The notes beneath the pieces were generated by a model. The model worked only from the letters and a program-made list of their open reading frames with translations. It was not told the origin of the DNA and made no database searches. DNA of 64,000 nt from Perkinsus olseni (Eukaryota), in NCBI GenBank assembly GCA_013115125.1, contig JABANN010000093.1, forward strand, positions 1 through 64,000. The letters are read 5' to 3'. Position numbers and translations under genes: made by a program. Positions 24,063 to 37,946 of the stretch are shown one piece after another (position 1 is the first letter of the stretch; each line of letters opens with the position of its first letter).

Positions 24063-27000
24063 ATGGCAGGCAGGAAAACGTCAAGATCGAACACCGAGGG
24101 CCGGAGGCGATTCGAGTCAGCGGTCGAAGTCTTCCAGCTGCTGGTCAAACCGCTCCTGGCTGCCGAGCAGCAGTACGCTAACCCCGTTTGCTCCTCGAAG
24201 TAGAGTCAAATCGAACTCCCTCTTTAAGGACAACGACCAGTGGCTCGACCAGGCCTCGCCGGCCCGACTTCCCTCTGCTCGTCTGGCTACCCGAAACGCT
24301 CATCCTCGGCCTTGACCTGCCGGAGGGTTCACCAGAGGAGGAAAAGAGAACCCCGCTGCTCCACCAGACTGGCGTATGGCTCTTCACGGATCGTACTGGG
24401 CGTCTCAGAGCCACGCGAAGATTCACCGACAAGGAGGTGCTTGGTCATGCTGGGAAGTGAATTCATCAGTCGGCTGGTAGGTGCTAGCCCGATTCACCAA
24501 TGCTAGCGTTAAGTCGGACAATCCTTGCTGTTTGCAACTGCGAGACCTAGTACCAGGGAAGACCGTGAGGACTTGGTTGTCCCATGTGGAGTTGGCGTCT
24601 GAACTGAACCGCAAGGATGGAGGGCTGCGGGTGGGCCCTAAGGTGGCAGGCTAGATGGCTGCTTCATCGCACCTGCAGGTGATGCAAAAATCGCCGAGTA
24701 TCTTGCCACGCGGGAGGTCTTCAGCTGCGACCTTGCACGTGACCTACATCACAGGGTCCTCCTCCTCCACACGCTTCGGCAGAATCCGAGCGAAGTGGCG
24801 GCATGACGGTGTGCACGCGAGAGAAGCGTCTTAAGCAGGGCGCCCGGCTCAGGAGCCGAGACTGTCGTGTCCAAGTGCCCGGAGGAGGTGGAAGCCTCCG
24901 TTAGAGCACTGGTGGACTGGCTGTTGCAGGTGGGTGTCGCATCAGTGGGGAAGCTTTTTCACCATCTCCGTCAGGTCCGAGGCCTGCGGGTGACTCAGAT
25001 GACCCTGTCGTTCGCTCGTCGGTCTCCCGCCAGGAGCTCCCGAGGAGATGCTCTATACTGGCTTCTCACTGTCGGCAACCTTGAAGGAGTCAGCGGTCGC
25101 AAAATACGTTCTCCGATGGTCGCCCAGCGGCAGAGGCCCCCGAGCCTGTGGGGCGGTTCCGAGGCGAGCACCGAGTGAGGCCCTCACTATGAGGGCCTGG
25201 TGGCAATCTCAATAAGCCATTCTCCTCAGATGGGGCTTTCCTTCACAGACGTCGGAACACCGTTCGGTTCCTGAGACAGGGGCCCGCCAGCTGTACAGGT
25301 GTGGGTCCTGCGGCGGCAACTTTCCGTCACTCCCGTAAGCCAGTTCGCCCCAGACCGTGACCGGGCTGTGTCACTGCATTCAGTAGGTTCCGAGTGGCGG
25401 CCAATGCGTTGTATCGATCGGGCCAACATCTGCAGCAGCTGATGTCGTGCCCCAGCTCTGCTCAGCATCTGTTGCCCGGAATGTGTCCCCTTCGTGGTGG
25501 GTCCGCTGAGGATCGGTATCGGCTCATTCGCACGTGCTCACAATGCTACCGGCTGCACTTGGCGCTCGAAGACCTCGCTGAGGTGGCGAAGGCTTCCGCA
25601 GCTGCGTTGGGAGGTAGAAGACCTAGCACCCTGACAGGGCTCCCAATCCCGACCGCTCAGGGCCCCTACCGTTGCACGATGAGCTTTCCGCTGTGTCAAG
25701 GGAGGTCGACTTCTACAAGGCCCGAGGTTTCATGAATATTCTGGCTGCCGTGGACAAGGTTGAAGCCCCAGCAGTTGAAGCAGGAGGAGCCACCGTCGTG
25801 GACTTCCTCCCGCCAGGCGTGAGCTTCCTGCGTAGCCACTCAGCGCTGGAGCCCGAGTCTGGGGAGGAACTTCTCTTGGAGTAATTCCCTGCCCTGCTAG
25901 CACTCCGCTTCAGTAGACTGGTCGTAGAACCGATTCGATCCAGCCGGCGGAAGTCAAAGTGAAGCTGCGGTGGCGAGTCATGCTCTACATCACAGAAGTG
26001 GCGGAGTGAGCCTCTCTTATCACCACCTCTCATGAGATCTTCAGGCTCCCTCTGGCTGCAGTAACGCCCGAAGGAGCGATCCCCGTCGTAGGGCAACTTG
26101 CTGCTGTCGCTCACCACGGCGTCCTCTCTTCAGGCTTTGATTATTCGTTTCTGTCTCCTCGGCACGCACTACGAGTTGCATGCCCCTCTCGATAAGGGGG
26201 GTGGTGATGGCAGGGTGGCGGTAAGGTGCTTTTGCCCCCTCCCACCGTTTCAGTGTTCTGCCAGATTCACGCCTTGCGTGTCTTTTGGATCCTCGCGGAC
26301 GACGCAAATTCGATCCAGCGCTGGGCGAGGGCGACAGGCACCGTGCAGGTGTGTCGGCATCGCTGCGCAGGGGTCTGCATCGCTCCGTCGTCAGGCGACC
26401 CTCAGCCTGTGCTGCCAGGCAGGCAGTCCTTGTAAAGGGGACAGCGCTGAGAGCCTCCCAGCACAGCGAGAACAGACGATAGCGATGTGTGACTTGGGTA
26501 ATTCATCAGTTCCCTGCCGGGGCCGGGGTTCGAACCTGTGCCTTCGGATTCACAGACGACAGCCTCGCCTTCCTGCTCGTAGATCTTTCTGAGCTGGCGT
26601 CTCGATCGGCGCAACAACAGGAGATACGACACCAACTCAGAGCTACGGGGCGACGGTGGTGCGGCGACCTCCCCAACTCCGCTTCGCCCTCGCCCTCCTC
26701 GTACGCCGCCTCGCCGCCCTTGCTGAAAGGCTGGTTGTGTATGGACATGCCGGACCCCGGCCCAGTCGACTGCTCTTCCGACGATCGCAGCGGTCTTGGG
26801 CGGCTCAAGATTAGACCAGTGCAGCAGGACACGGGTCTGTGGGCCCCCGAGTGAGCGTGTGTAAGGCGGAGCGAAGAGACTCTTCTATGCTCCTAGGGAT
26901 TGGACGTATCTTGGCGTCGCGTCACCACTACCCCAACTATGGCTGGAGCTACTCACCCTGCCGAACAGGGAATCCTTTGGTCGAACCAACTCCTTGAAGG

Positions 27001-29518
27001 CGCCGGTCACGCCCCCAACCGGGGATTCGGCAGACCAGCAGTGGAACGCTGGAACAGCTGTGAGTATCTTTCCTGGAGAAGGGCGGAGTTCTGTCCGGCT
27101 CAGGCCGTGCTTCTGCTGAGGCTTCGAGCACACGGTATTGAAAATTCGAAAATCCTCCGGAGCTTCTGCGGTGTGGATGATACTTTGGTCGAGTTGTCCG
27201 TTCACCAGGAAGGAGGAGCCGAGGAAGCGACTGCACTGGCTGAGTGGCGTAAATGGGCGTGTGGGAATGGCGAGAAGTTGCAAGATTTCAAGATGGAGGA
27301 AGGCATCGTCGTGTAGGATACCTTCCCTAGGACCTTCATTAGCCTACCCACCCACAGGACTGCCGTGCCGTCAACTGCCGCGGCTGTTGACGCGGATCTG
27401 ATGGTTCGAATGACGATCGTAACATCGACACGGGAAGGCGAAGAGCCGACAGAGATGCGGGCTCAGTGCCGGCTCGGGATTGGAGACCTCCTGCAGCGTG
27501 TGAGAGGAGAACAGGCTCCTTCTGTTGCTCTGGTGAGGTCACCAGCCCGGCATACCGCTGCGCGACTTTCGCTGTGGTCACAGTCGATGATTTTGGAGCC
27601 CAAGGCCCCAGCTGGACGACACTCCATCTTTGCAAGTCTCAGCGAAGAGCGCCTGCCGCGAGCCTTCTTCAGTGGCGATATCAGAATGATCCGGCCGAGC
27701 GATGAAGCCGTGGACGAGGGCGATCTCACCAGGTCTGATACATCAAGCGTTGCGAAGCACCTCCTGGTCGGTGGTATCAAACCACTCCGCGATTTCGCTC
27801 CGTCAGGTTCGCCGATTCCCTCGCCCATATCAGCTGGGTTGTTGGTAGGGGCAACGCTACCGTCCTTCGGGAGGAAAGCGTATCTTTGAGTGAGCGCAGG
27901 CTAAGAGAGGCTGTGAAGAAGCAGGTTGATGCGCATGAGATGGATGAGATTTGGAGGAAGTAGCCACATAGACGAGCGGAGTGGTCCTTGCACGAAGCCA
28001 GTGTAGATACTGCAAAGTTGCAGGGAACGATGGCGAGTCGAAGCGTCCCCTCAGCGATGGGAGTAATGCCAATCCTGCGCTGGATGGAACCCTCATCATT
28101 CACCAGGAACGGCGCGCCAAGGAATACAATTCTCGCGCAGCAGAAGTTCTATTCGGTTGACCTCCGACAGCGAGGAGGAGGCCGAGGGGACAGCGGCACA
28201 ACGGATGAGGATGGTTCAACGGGCGCTGAGTCGGGAAGGCACCAGACCCTGTGTGAGGACTCGGAGTCAAATCTGACTGGTAATCAAGCCATGTTACTTT
28301 GTTTTTCTAACCAGATTGAAGCCGCCCCAGTTCCTTCGGAGGTGAGCTCGGCGATTGATAAGGTCCTTGTGGAGGACTCCCAGCTGGTGAAGGAGCGAAG
28401 AAGTCGATCGACTAGTCTGAGGGCGGGCGTTGGGCAGTCCCGAAGCGTCGAGCCCATTGTGCTGGCTCGAAGCGTTAGAGAGGTGCCGCCGACTCACTCC
28501 GCCTCTCCGGCTGCTGGCATGGTGCTCAACCCGAACCCTCCTGTTAATGTCAGGCGTTCACGAAGGTCGGGTTTGCGCCTGGTGATGCGGCGTTTTCTGA
28601 GGCTCGCTTCGCCATCACCCTCGATAGACTTTGTGCGGGGTCTGATAGCGTCAAAGTGGTCCGGTACGACCTTCTGAAGGCGGAGATTTGGCGGCTGGTC
28701 AAGGAGGAGCATCGACTCAACGAGGTTGGACTGATCACGCAACACTCCGAACTCCCAATCTATCAGATCCTACCACTGCTGCCTTTTTCCTCGGCTGAGG
28801 TAGCCCAGTACAGGGACGCCTTCAAGAGCTGCGACCACGAACACGTCGGCCGCGCGAGCCTCGCTGAGCTCAATACTGCGTTGAGGGACTGCATCGCGTA
28901 AGTTGAGCATCCCGAGTGCCGGGGCCGCGTCGATAGCGATTGCTGGATGAATTTCACGCCCTCCCCTCCGCTGGTCTGATCTTTGTCTTCGTCCGGGTAG
29001 AGTAAGGCGCTCATAATCCCAAAAATACAAGTCTCGTAGCGTCGTTAGTTAGAAGGTGATCAAAGGGAATCCGACAGGTTGTCCTGGACAGGTCGTTGAT
29101 GATACCGAGCGTCAGTGGACGAAAGTCCTTCAGTGCTCGAAAGTCCTTCGGTGGACGGAAGTCCTTCAGTGGACGGAAGTCCTTCAGTGGACGGAAGTCC
29201 ATCAACAATGTGCAACGAGAAGAGTTTTCACGAGAGGTAGCGTGTAGGCCGCTGATCGTCCATGTGCATGCGGTCCACTAAGGGACTGCTCTCGCTATAG
29301 TGAAGGGTCATTCGCGGTAACAGGTCATTGGCGACGCGGGAGAAGCATCTGGCTCTGTTATCGGTGATGAGGATGATATCGACTTCGCCTCTTTCCTCAT
29401 CATCATGGCCCGCCTCAAGAGCAGTGAGACCTTCAATCATTGCCGTCATTGGAACATCACCCCAGCTCTTCTTTTAGAGATAGGCTCTCACCTGAAGGCC
29501 CCTCTACAGACTTCCTAG
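24063..29518 (+). CDS. Large multi-exon hypothetical protein with C-terminal EF-hand pair (may be more than one gene)
   Basis: Chain of ORFs linked by short GT-AG introns; EF-hand-like YRDAFKSCDHEHVGRASLAELNTAL and DIDFASFLIIMAR near the end. Confidence 0.55.
29113..29200 (+). repeat. 18-bp coding minisatellite, ~5 units (SGRKSF)
   Basis: CAGTGGACGGAAGTCCTT repeated with minor variants. Confidence 0.9.
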
Positions 29519-29675
29519 GGGACAGTCGCATGCCGCCGTCTCTCATCCTACTGTGGTGTTGTGTCCTGGAGTGTGATCAACCTTGGGCGGCGGGCCCGCC
29601 CTCCGGCCCCCTGAAGCCGTTCGGGACTCTTCGCAGTAACAGAGCTGCATGCAGCTTCGATCGTAGAAGTCTCAC

Positions 29676-30758
29676 ATGAAACGATCTCCCGCACAGAGTG
29701 GCACCACAGACTCGGAACAGGGCGAGAAGCGCTCTCGTCGGCCGTCACTGATGGAGGAGCTGGAAGGCTCACAGGCCGCTATCGACGCTGTTGATAGAGA
29801 CTGTTGTCGAGATCTCATCAGAGTGACCACCTCTTTCACATGCACACTGAAGACTCTCGTCAAGGCTCGCCTCTCGAGCTTAGGTGCAGCGGAGGTTCGA
29901 CTCGCAAAAGCGGCCGTTGTACGAAGCCCGGGCCCTCCTCCTCCGCAGAATACCAAACTTTTGGCTGCAGGTTGGCCTTTATCAGACCGTTGCTTCCACA
30001 AGCTGTGCTGTCAGGTTTTCACCGGCCACCCGTTGGTGCTCGTCACTGAAGTTGAGTTTCGAGCGTTTCAGTATCTCGCGGACTTCACCGTTGATGACAA
30101 CATCGACGACTTGGGCTCGTAAGATCTCTACGGCCACCAATAAAGGGGTTCCGGTAGCTCTTGAAAATTGTGAAGATCCGCATAACTGACGACCACTGAA
30201 CCGAGCTCTGCTCGGAGGTTGTGTCCACTCCTCGTTATACGCGTGACGCCCGCCGATAGTGTTCTATGAATGGTTTCGTTCGGCTCAGTTACAGGGTGTC
30301 CCTCACCTTCTCCTCGGGCAATCCGATGTTCCCCGAAAGAGAGCTTCTGAAGAAGGTTAAATTTAATAAACTGGAGCAGCCCTACGACGACGATGATGCA
30401 TCAGAGAGCCTCAGCGTGACCATCGAGGCCCGAACTGTATCCTGGACTAAGGTGAGTTCAACCCTCCAACCACGAGCTTCCGTCATGACTCTCCAGGAAG
30501 CGCTGTCCCTTATGAAGAGCTCGTCGTCTGAGCAGTCGGATAGCGAAGACGGGGATGAGCTGATGGGCGTCCTCGCCTGGATGACTGACAAGGTAGGTTG
30601 ATGGTTCAGGAACTCCATGGACGGCATTGCCCATCAGGGTCGCCTTTCACGGAGGTTTGCGTAGCAGAGCTCAAATCGGACAGCTTCCTCGGGGCCACAA
30701 CTTGAGGAAGGAGTTCCATGAAAACCCAATTCCGAAAAAATACCTAAATATTTATTGA
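29676..30758 (+). CDS. Nucleosome assembly protein (NAP/SET family), multi-exon
   Basis: KRPLYEARALLLRRIPNFWLQ, GHP, QYLADFTV, YRVSLTFSSGNPMF...LLKK are NAP/SET hallmarks. The 3' end is approximate. Confidence 0.85.
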
Positions 30759-31444
30759 CTCGAGAGCTTGATTCGAGGTGCGAGTCAGTCGGTCATGATC
30801 GCATCACTGGAGCGTGTGACTCAAACTTGGGTACTCTAACTCAGTGGCTTCGAATCTGACCCTCACTGACCCCAGCTCTGAGTCAACTCTTCCACCGTGA
30901 TTTCGGAATCAGGATCTGCGTACGAGTCTCGGGGTTAGTCCCGCTCAGTCGGTGTGATTCAGCTGCGATCCCATCCTGATTTTTCCTTCTCAGAATGCTT
31001 CAAGCGAGAGTATGGAGATGGGGGACGTCCTTCGAAGGGATGTATGGACAGGTCCGTTGAACTACTTCGTGCTGCAGAGCGAGAAGTCGATGAATTCTTC
31101 ATAGCAGGGCGGCAAGTTACTCATTTCAACCTTATCAACGTTCAGCGTTGTTCACAGTTCGGCGCTTGGCGCTTCACTACGCGATCTTTCAAAATAACAT
31201 GGACTGGGAATCTTAGTGCACTGAAACCGCACTACACTGGTGGAAGGCCTCCGTGTGATTCCAAACATCATCATCATCATCGGAATTATTGCAAATCATT
31301 ACGATAACGGGGCTTGTTAGAGCGTGATGAGAAGGGCGACGTGATTGTGGCAGCATCATCGCGGAGACCCCCGTCCTTGATGTACCAGGGATACTTCCTC
31401 ATCACTCATGAACTCAGAACGTAGTCAAAATTGAGAGGAAACCT

Positions 31445-33019
31445 CTACCACACTCGTTTTTCGGAAACACTGACCACCTTGGTAGTGAAAGTCTTCTCCC
31501 CGCGCTTGATTTTAAGTTGCGCTGGAGACCCGCATTGGGCCCCTAGGGTCTCGTAAACGTCGTAGACGGATCGAACCTCCCGACCATCGATGCCCTCGAT
31601 GATGTCGCCAACACGCAGCCCCGCCTTTGCAGCAGGGGTCTGGCCCTTCACTTGAACGATGCGAACAACGTCTTGGGTCCCTGAAAGGAAAAGCTACTGC
31701 ACGACGATGGAAAGCGCTCGCGTGGAGTATGACGTACCGTATCCGGCGGCGGCGTCATCGTTCCTGTTGGTGATGACCATCCCAAGGTAAGGCGGGCTCC
31801 AGTAGCCATTGGTCGTGATCGCGTCAGCTATGTGCCTCACAAGTTGAAGCGGAAGGGCCAACCTGGCCAGGCGGGTGGCGACAGATGTATTCGAGCCTGA
31901 ATCACCTACCCGAACTCTCCGCATTTTTTGACAATCATACCGATGCATCGGCCGTCATTGGTCACGGCTGGCGACCCGGACATGCCTGACGAGAGGAGTA
32001 GACGGACAGGCTGCGAGTGGCCTGCGAGGGGCACCTGGTAATGTGGTGACGCTGAGCTGTATGAAGCGCCAACGGCGAGAACAGTTGTCGATGGACCTGA
32101 GCGGAGCGAAGTCACAGACAGCACACTGGCCTGGCCCTCACCCTTCGGTAAAGCTCTGCCTTGGGTTGCTGACGACACCCACGGCACCAGCAAGGTCATC
32201 GCCTCCACCAGCGCCGCCTCCTAGGGTGCAAACCCAAGTCCCTGAGACGAAGCAGCAGCTGCTATCCCTAGAAGCTGTGAAAGGGAGGGCTACCTCGATC
32301 CGGCAAATGCTCACTGCCATCCTCAACGGGTTTGAGCTCATCGCTAGCCTGTAACGAGAACACCGCCACGTCGCCCTCTGAGAAATAGAACTCACGAAGT
32401 TGGCTGCCCGAGAGAATTCGGTACCTTCGGTTTTGCCCTCAAGTTTGACCTCCTCCCACCGGCCACTTTGTGGCAACCTCACCCAGAGGACGTCACCGAG
32501 TCGAGGGTCGACCCCACCCTGTGCAAAGCCTATCCGCTTCCGCAATGTGTGAGCCGCACTGATGAGATAAGTCCTTCCCTTCTCCTCTTTATAGACGAAC
32601 GCTGTCCCAATCTGAGTGCCTGGAGGGTTCCCTCCCTGCGGGCTGGCGTAGAGCAACACCACCGAGGCCTCGAGCGACTTGAAGACGCCTCTGAAGTCAG
32701 TCGATGCGCTGCGGTCGCCAACCTCCTCACAGCTAGTCTCTGCCTCGGAAGGGGTACTCGAGGACAGGAGAGCCAAGCTAACGCTGGCGAACAGAGAGAC
32801 TGCTGCAACAGCACTGGTGAAGGGAGGGTGGCCTTGCTGGTACGACTGGCCTCCAGCGCTCAGGTAACCACTTTTGCCCTCGCATTGAAGCACGAACGAA
32901 GGGGGAGGACAGGCGTTAGTGCTGGGCTTTGCCAAGGAAGGGAGGCAGTGTGCCAAAACGGCAACAACTTCGCTCCGTCCGAAAAAACGAGGTGCTACTA
33001 GAGGTAATTTTTGAGACAT
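31445..33019 (-). CDS. HtrA/DegP-like trypsin serine protease with PDZ domain
   Basis: GTAFVY...LISAAH (His), GMSGSPAV (catalytic Ser), PYLGM, PDZ TPAAKAGLRVGDIIEGIDG; N-terminal targeting-like sequence and hydrophobic segment. Confidence 0.9.
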
Positions 33020-33094
33020 GAAAAGGTATTTGATAGTGGTTGAAAGAAACTGAGCTCATTTGCGAAGGAGACCCAACGCGGAACTAACGAGCTG

Positions 33095-34647
33095 CTAGTC
33101 AGGGCCAAGGGGCCTCGGTTGAATACTCTCCTGCTTGACTGACTGTATCAAGTACGCTAATGATGCCATCAGAACTGTCACTGCGATGATGAGTAACTTC
33201 AATACTGTGCTCTGCATCGCCTTCGACCTCTCCCGTCCCGCGGCCTCCTCGGCAGTAGCAGCAGCAGGTTTGGCTTCGTCTGGTGCTACTTCTTCCACGG
33301 GAAATGCCGTGATGCTTCCCTCGTCAGGCTCCCCTGTGTGGCTGGTCGCCTCGGCAGCATCGTCTACGCTCGCTTCGCCATGGTCGTCTTCCTCCGTAGA
33401 AATCTCCTCGCCATCACCCTTTTCCGCAGTCTCTCGGTCCTCCTGCTGTGCTATCATCGTCTTGGCCAACTTGGAGGTCTTTAAAGCGTATCTTCCAAAC
33501 CGGTTGAAGCAGCAGCAACAGGCCAGCGGCGCACCTCCGCTTCTCCTCCTTCAACTGGCTCAGTGCCTTCCGGATGCCAGGATCGCTAGGACACAGATGG
33601 TACCTGATTTCCTCTAGTCGGTCGAAATGGCCGACCATCAGCGTCCCTACGCGGCCATCAGGGACTTCTTCGCGCTCTTAAAGTCATTCTTATACTTCAT
33701 GTAGACCACACCCTGCCAGTAGAGGGCCTTCACGTTCTTCGGGTCGATCCTCAGGGCCTACACAGAACGACAGGACGGTGCGGGAGGGTGGACTCTGAAG
33801 AGCTACTTGGCGGGCCTGTATGAGGACCTCATCGAACTCCTCCAGCTTGTACTTGCAAATTGCGAAGGAGACATGGCACTTCTAATCAGGAGTTCGGAAT
33901 GTTACGGTACTGGAGACAGCCCGTACTACCAGTTTGCTCGAGCTGAACCATTCCCGCTCGGCTTTGGTGTCGGGAAAACAGTAGTCGAAGTTGAGCAATG
34001 CCTTCCGATACCACACCGCCGCCAACCCACAGTTCCCCTCGCGGAGATACTCATTGGCCTTCTGCCGCATCGTGTCGGCGCCTGAATGAGCGTGCCAACA
34101 GCCACCGCAGCGATGGGGAGGGGTACCCTGAAGCTTCTCCTTAGTTGGCATGTCGAAGAGCTGCTGCTCCTTCCGATGGTCATGCGAGCAGCCTCCCAGT
34201 GCGGCCGACTTCGCCATTTCGATACACTCAGGACCTGCTGGCTCGCACTACACGGGGCTGTCGAGGGCTGCCCATCTACCATGTTCGTGGTCCAGAGGGC
34301 ACCGCTGATGTGCCTCTCGGAGTTCCTCCTCCTCCTTGGCCTTCTTCGCGTCATCCTCTTCCTTGGCCTTCATCTCCGCTTCCATTCGTCGGAACTTCGA
34401 GTAGTCGTTCGAGTAGGGCGTTGGGTTCGTCACCGTCGGCAAGGCTGCCTCCGTCCCTGACCGCAATCATGCCCGAATATCAACGCCTCCAACTTAGCCT
34501 ACTTTTGCTGCTCGGCTGAGCACCTTCACTTTTGGTCTTGTCATGAAGCCAGTCCGCCGCCAGCTCCCTCACCATCGAGCTCTCTACTTCCGAGTAATAG
34601 CCGACCCTTTCGTCTGTTGGGCCCCCTTGGTCATTCCGGGAAGGCAT
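33095..34647 (-). CDS. TPR-repeat co-chaperone-like protein with C-terminal membrane anchor
   Basis: DYSKF; RQKANEYLREGNCGLAAVWYRKAL; ALRIDPKNVKALYWQG TPR motifs; TM LLIIAVTVLMASLAYLI. Confidence 0.8.
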
Positions 34648-34759
34648 GGGACGTCGAAGCAGCAATAGGAAGACCTGACCCTTTACGTGATAAGAAATCA
34701 TCACACCTGGGGTGGCTGCCTTGTCGAGGCGCACCCGATGGCGGTGGGCTCAAGTCTAG

Positions 34760-37591
34760 TGCCTTCACTCGCGAAAACACAACTCAACGCTGATGGCATA
34801 ACGGCTACACTGACCATGCCGGAGAAGAAATGGCGAACTCGCTAGGGGCGATGGACACCTCCCCTGCGGAGGAGATGTTCAAAGACGTCGAGATAAGCCG
34901 CAGGATGCTCTTGAAGTCAGCCAGTGGGAGAGAGGACAGCACTGTCGGGTCTGCAGGAAATCACTCGCCCTTCGTCCACAGTACGACTGCGCGGAAACAC
35001 TTACCCTCGATAGCGGCCTTGGCCAGCTGTGGCAGCCGATCGATGTCTTCTGAGAAGCCCGGGCCTTCGGATACTCTACGGCACACCTCTGCCATGTCTA
35101 GCTGGCCGGCCGCAACAGTCTCTCGTCTCATAGGGGCATAGCTGGCGAAAGGACAGCATTGGAGTGGTCACCAGGGGTTGAAATACTCTACCACAGTACG
35201 TCCATCAGGAGGGGCACCTCGGTCTGTTGGGATGCCGAGACTCGAAGTAGTGCGGTCTCCAGGGCTGTCGAGCTCGGCGGCGACCAAGATATCTGTACCA
35301 CCCCTTGGAAGGGTGACAGGGGAGGTTCCACTCACCAACCTGGTCACCACGGCCACGGGGAGGGGCTTGGCAGGAGCCGCGACTCTCGGTGTATCACTGA
35401 TCGGTCTGAGTAGAACAGGCTTGCCGTCCCGCTCGAGGGGTGAGTCGGAAGGAGGGGGCTCGCAGGCAGTGGGGTACTCATCTCGCGATGGCTGCTGCTC
35501 ACGACCTGACCGGAGTATCCTGGCCGAAGAGATTTACTGTTGCCGAGGGGCGAATCGGGAGGGGGGTTGTTGCTGGAGTTGAGGAGAATTACCGGAGGAC
35601 AGTCTGCTCCACAGCCCTCCGAGCTTCGGGTTGATGGGTGGCCCTCCTCTCGAGGACGTGCTGCTGGGGGCCAGGATGATGTCTCGCAAGCGGCCGCCAC
35701 AACGTCTGGGCAGACGAATTGGGCGAAAGGTGGTACTAGGTTACCTCTCCCGGACCCCAACCAATCGGGAAACTATCCCGTCCACCAAGGCTGCTGCCTC
35801 CCCAGCAGTGTCCATACACACACCCAGAGTGTACCTAGTCAGTCGTCCTTCACTACTGAGGGGACATACTACTACAGGAGGCCTCCTGTGGCATCTAGTA
35901 GCCTGAAGACAGCCAAGCCACGGTCCAAGGACAGCAGCCACACTTCGAGCTTCAACCACTCATCCACGCTGGTGACCGTCTGGTCCGTCCTCAGGACGAC
36001 TGGTATCCACGCATGGACCGGTGGTACCCTGGACACAAGGGGGTCTTCTGGGCACACTAACGAGGCCGGGAGTACAGTGCTCTCCTCCTCAGGGATGCCT
36101 CGTCGTCCGCAGCCTCGATCTGAGGAGCGTCTGCTGCTGCGGGCCAGAGGGTGAGGGTGACTTCACTACTACCTGTATATTCCCTTCTAACCCGAGGGTG
36201 ATGCTGGCTGCCATGCGCTTCACCTCAGCAGCGGACATTGGCGTCTGCCGTACCAGACTGATTTCCTCCAGTAGAGTAACGCCTTCCAGATCGCTGATGA
36301 CGACGATGAGGGAGGACGGAGAACCACCGGTCTCGCCGGCACACCCTTCGAGTAGGGCCCTTGCGAGTACTGTGCCGCTGAGGATCGAGGGGGGTCGGAG
36401 GGGACTCATGGCTGAATAGAGCAGTACCCTTTGATGAGGCCTTCGGGTGCTATGAAGGTGCCGCCGTGCGGGCAGCGCCCTCGCTGGCCGTCCGCCTTGT
36501 CATGCTCATACAGATGTAGCCACACCGTCACCACGTACAGCTTCCCGCTCAACTCCTTGGTAGAGCGGTGAACAATCTCGCAGGCCGTCACCGGCGAGGC
36601 CGCGGGTTCTATTCCCACGGCTGGACCTTCCTCTTCTACTGCGGCCATACCCGTTTCAAGCTTCCGTCGAAGCTCCTCGGCTGCGGTCACTCTATCGGAC
36701 CTGACCGATTGGGTTGGCCAGAACGACACCCCAACACCCACAGGCTGTCCAATGCTTCCTGCCATTTCCCAGTCCTACTGAGCCCGCCACGTAGCCTCTC
36801 CACCAAGGAATACCGAGACGACCAGTCGGACTCTATTACGGCCCTGTCCTGAAGCCTCAAGGCATGGCCCCTCACCAGGCACGGGCATGCACCTCACCCT
36901 CAGTAGTTCAATTCTTTCGGCCTTCAACTTCGCAACTCTAAACTCGAGGTCCTCCAGCTGTCTGTGATGGGCTGATGTATCCTCATCGACAGCCCAGCAT
37001 CGTCGGGCCTACTTGTAGCCGTCCAGGGTGTGGCTCAATCGGGCCGCCTCCTCCTCGGCTGCCCTTCTATCACGGCCGACTCTCGACAGCAATCGGCGAA
37101 GGTTCTTCCAGACCTCGGCGGGGACCATCGCGCAGTAGATCCCCCTTCCATAAGGCTGAGGGCATGACTGCAGCCCAGTCCGTTATTCCGTCAATGACAT
37201 ACGTCAACCAAAGATACTGATTCCATCTCGGCTAGGAGACGTCCTTCATCAACTGCGTCCCGGTAGGTAGACGACAGTAAGGAGGAAGCAGTGCTGCCGA
37301 AGGGGCGACCTGATAGACAACAGCCGACGGCGAGAGCCAGCGGCCGGCTTCACCTCGGGTGTCGTCTGATGGGGTGTGATGGAGGTAGTCGCCCGCATGG
37401 AATTTCCTGTCGAACACAGTGGGTATCGAGGCCCCAGCAGTGACCCTAGCGGGGCCCTTCGGCAGCACAGGAAGCCCCCCTTGCTCGGAGGAGGAGACTG
37501 AGGGACCACCACCGACCGTCGGAGAGGGGCTTGCAGCGACGCTCCGTCCAGGACGAGGGCTGGCTCTCCCCTTCTCTGCAGGGGATGCCAT
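34760..37591 (-). CDS. Multi-exon hypothetical protein
   Basis: Series of minus-strand ORFs separated by GT-AG introns, starting MASPAEKGRASP; no family recognised; ends approximate. Confidence 0.5.
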
Positions 37592-37946
37592 CAATGAGCC
37601 CTCAACTGTACGCAGGATTGGCTGGCTCCAACACAACAGCGAGGAGTGGATGATGATGATAAGAGTTGAAAAACGTTGTTGTGGACAGAACGAATAGGAG
37701 GCTAATGACAGTGGACGATGACTGGCAACGGTAACAGGAGGGGACGACTAGCAGAAGTGATGATACTGGAGTGGCAGTGGCAGAACTGACTCAAGGGCGA
37801 TGAACCGATGGAGACAGACGAGGTCATAGGAGACCATTGTGGCTCCCTGCAGAGGCCCGAACTCAACTGCCTGACGCTACAGCACTAGAGGAGGAGGCGG
37901 AGCCCTAGAACAAAGCAGTAGATGTACTGCAGTAGTGACAAGAACG

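Noticed and set aside
30760-30965. Cluster of TGACTC/GAGTCA-like words after the NAP gene
   Set aside because: No regular period or stable structure evident; cannot be separated from compositional noise.
31565-31590. GGTTCGATCC B-box-like sequence (also ~44754)
   Set aside because: Lies in conserved coding sequence with no tRNA context. It shows that bare B-box matches arise by chance.
35159-36419. Long plus-strand ORFs antisense to minus-strand genes (many more across 31-64 kb)
   Set aside because: Expected shadow ORFs in GC-rich coding sequence.
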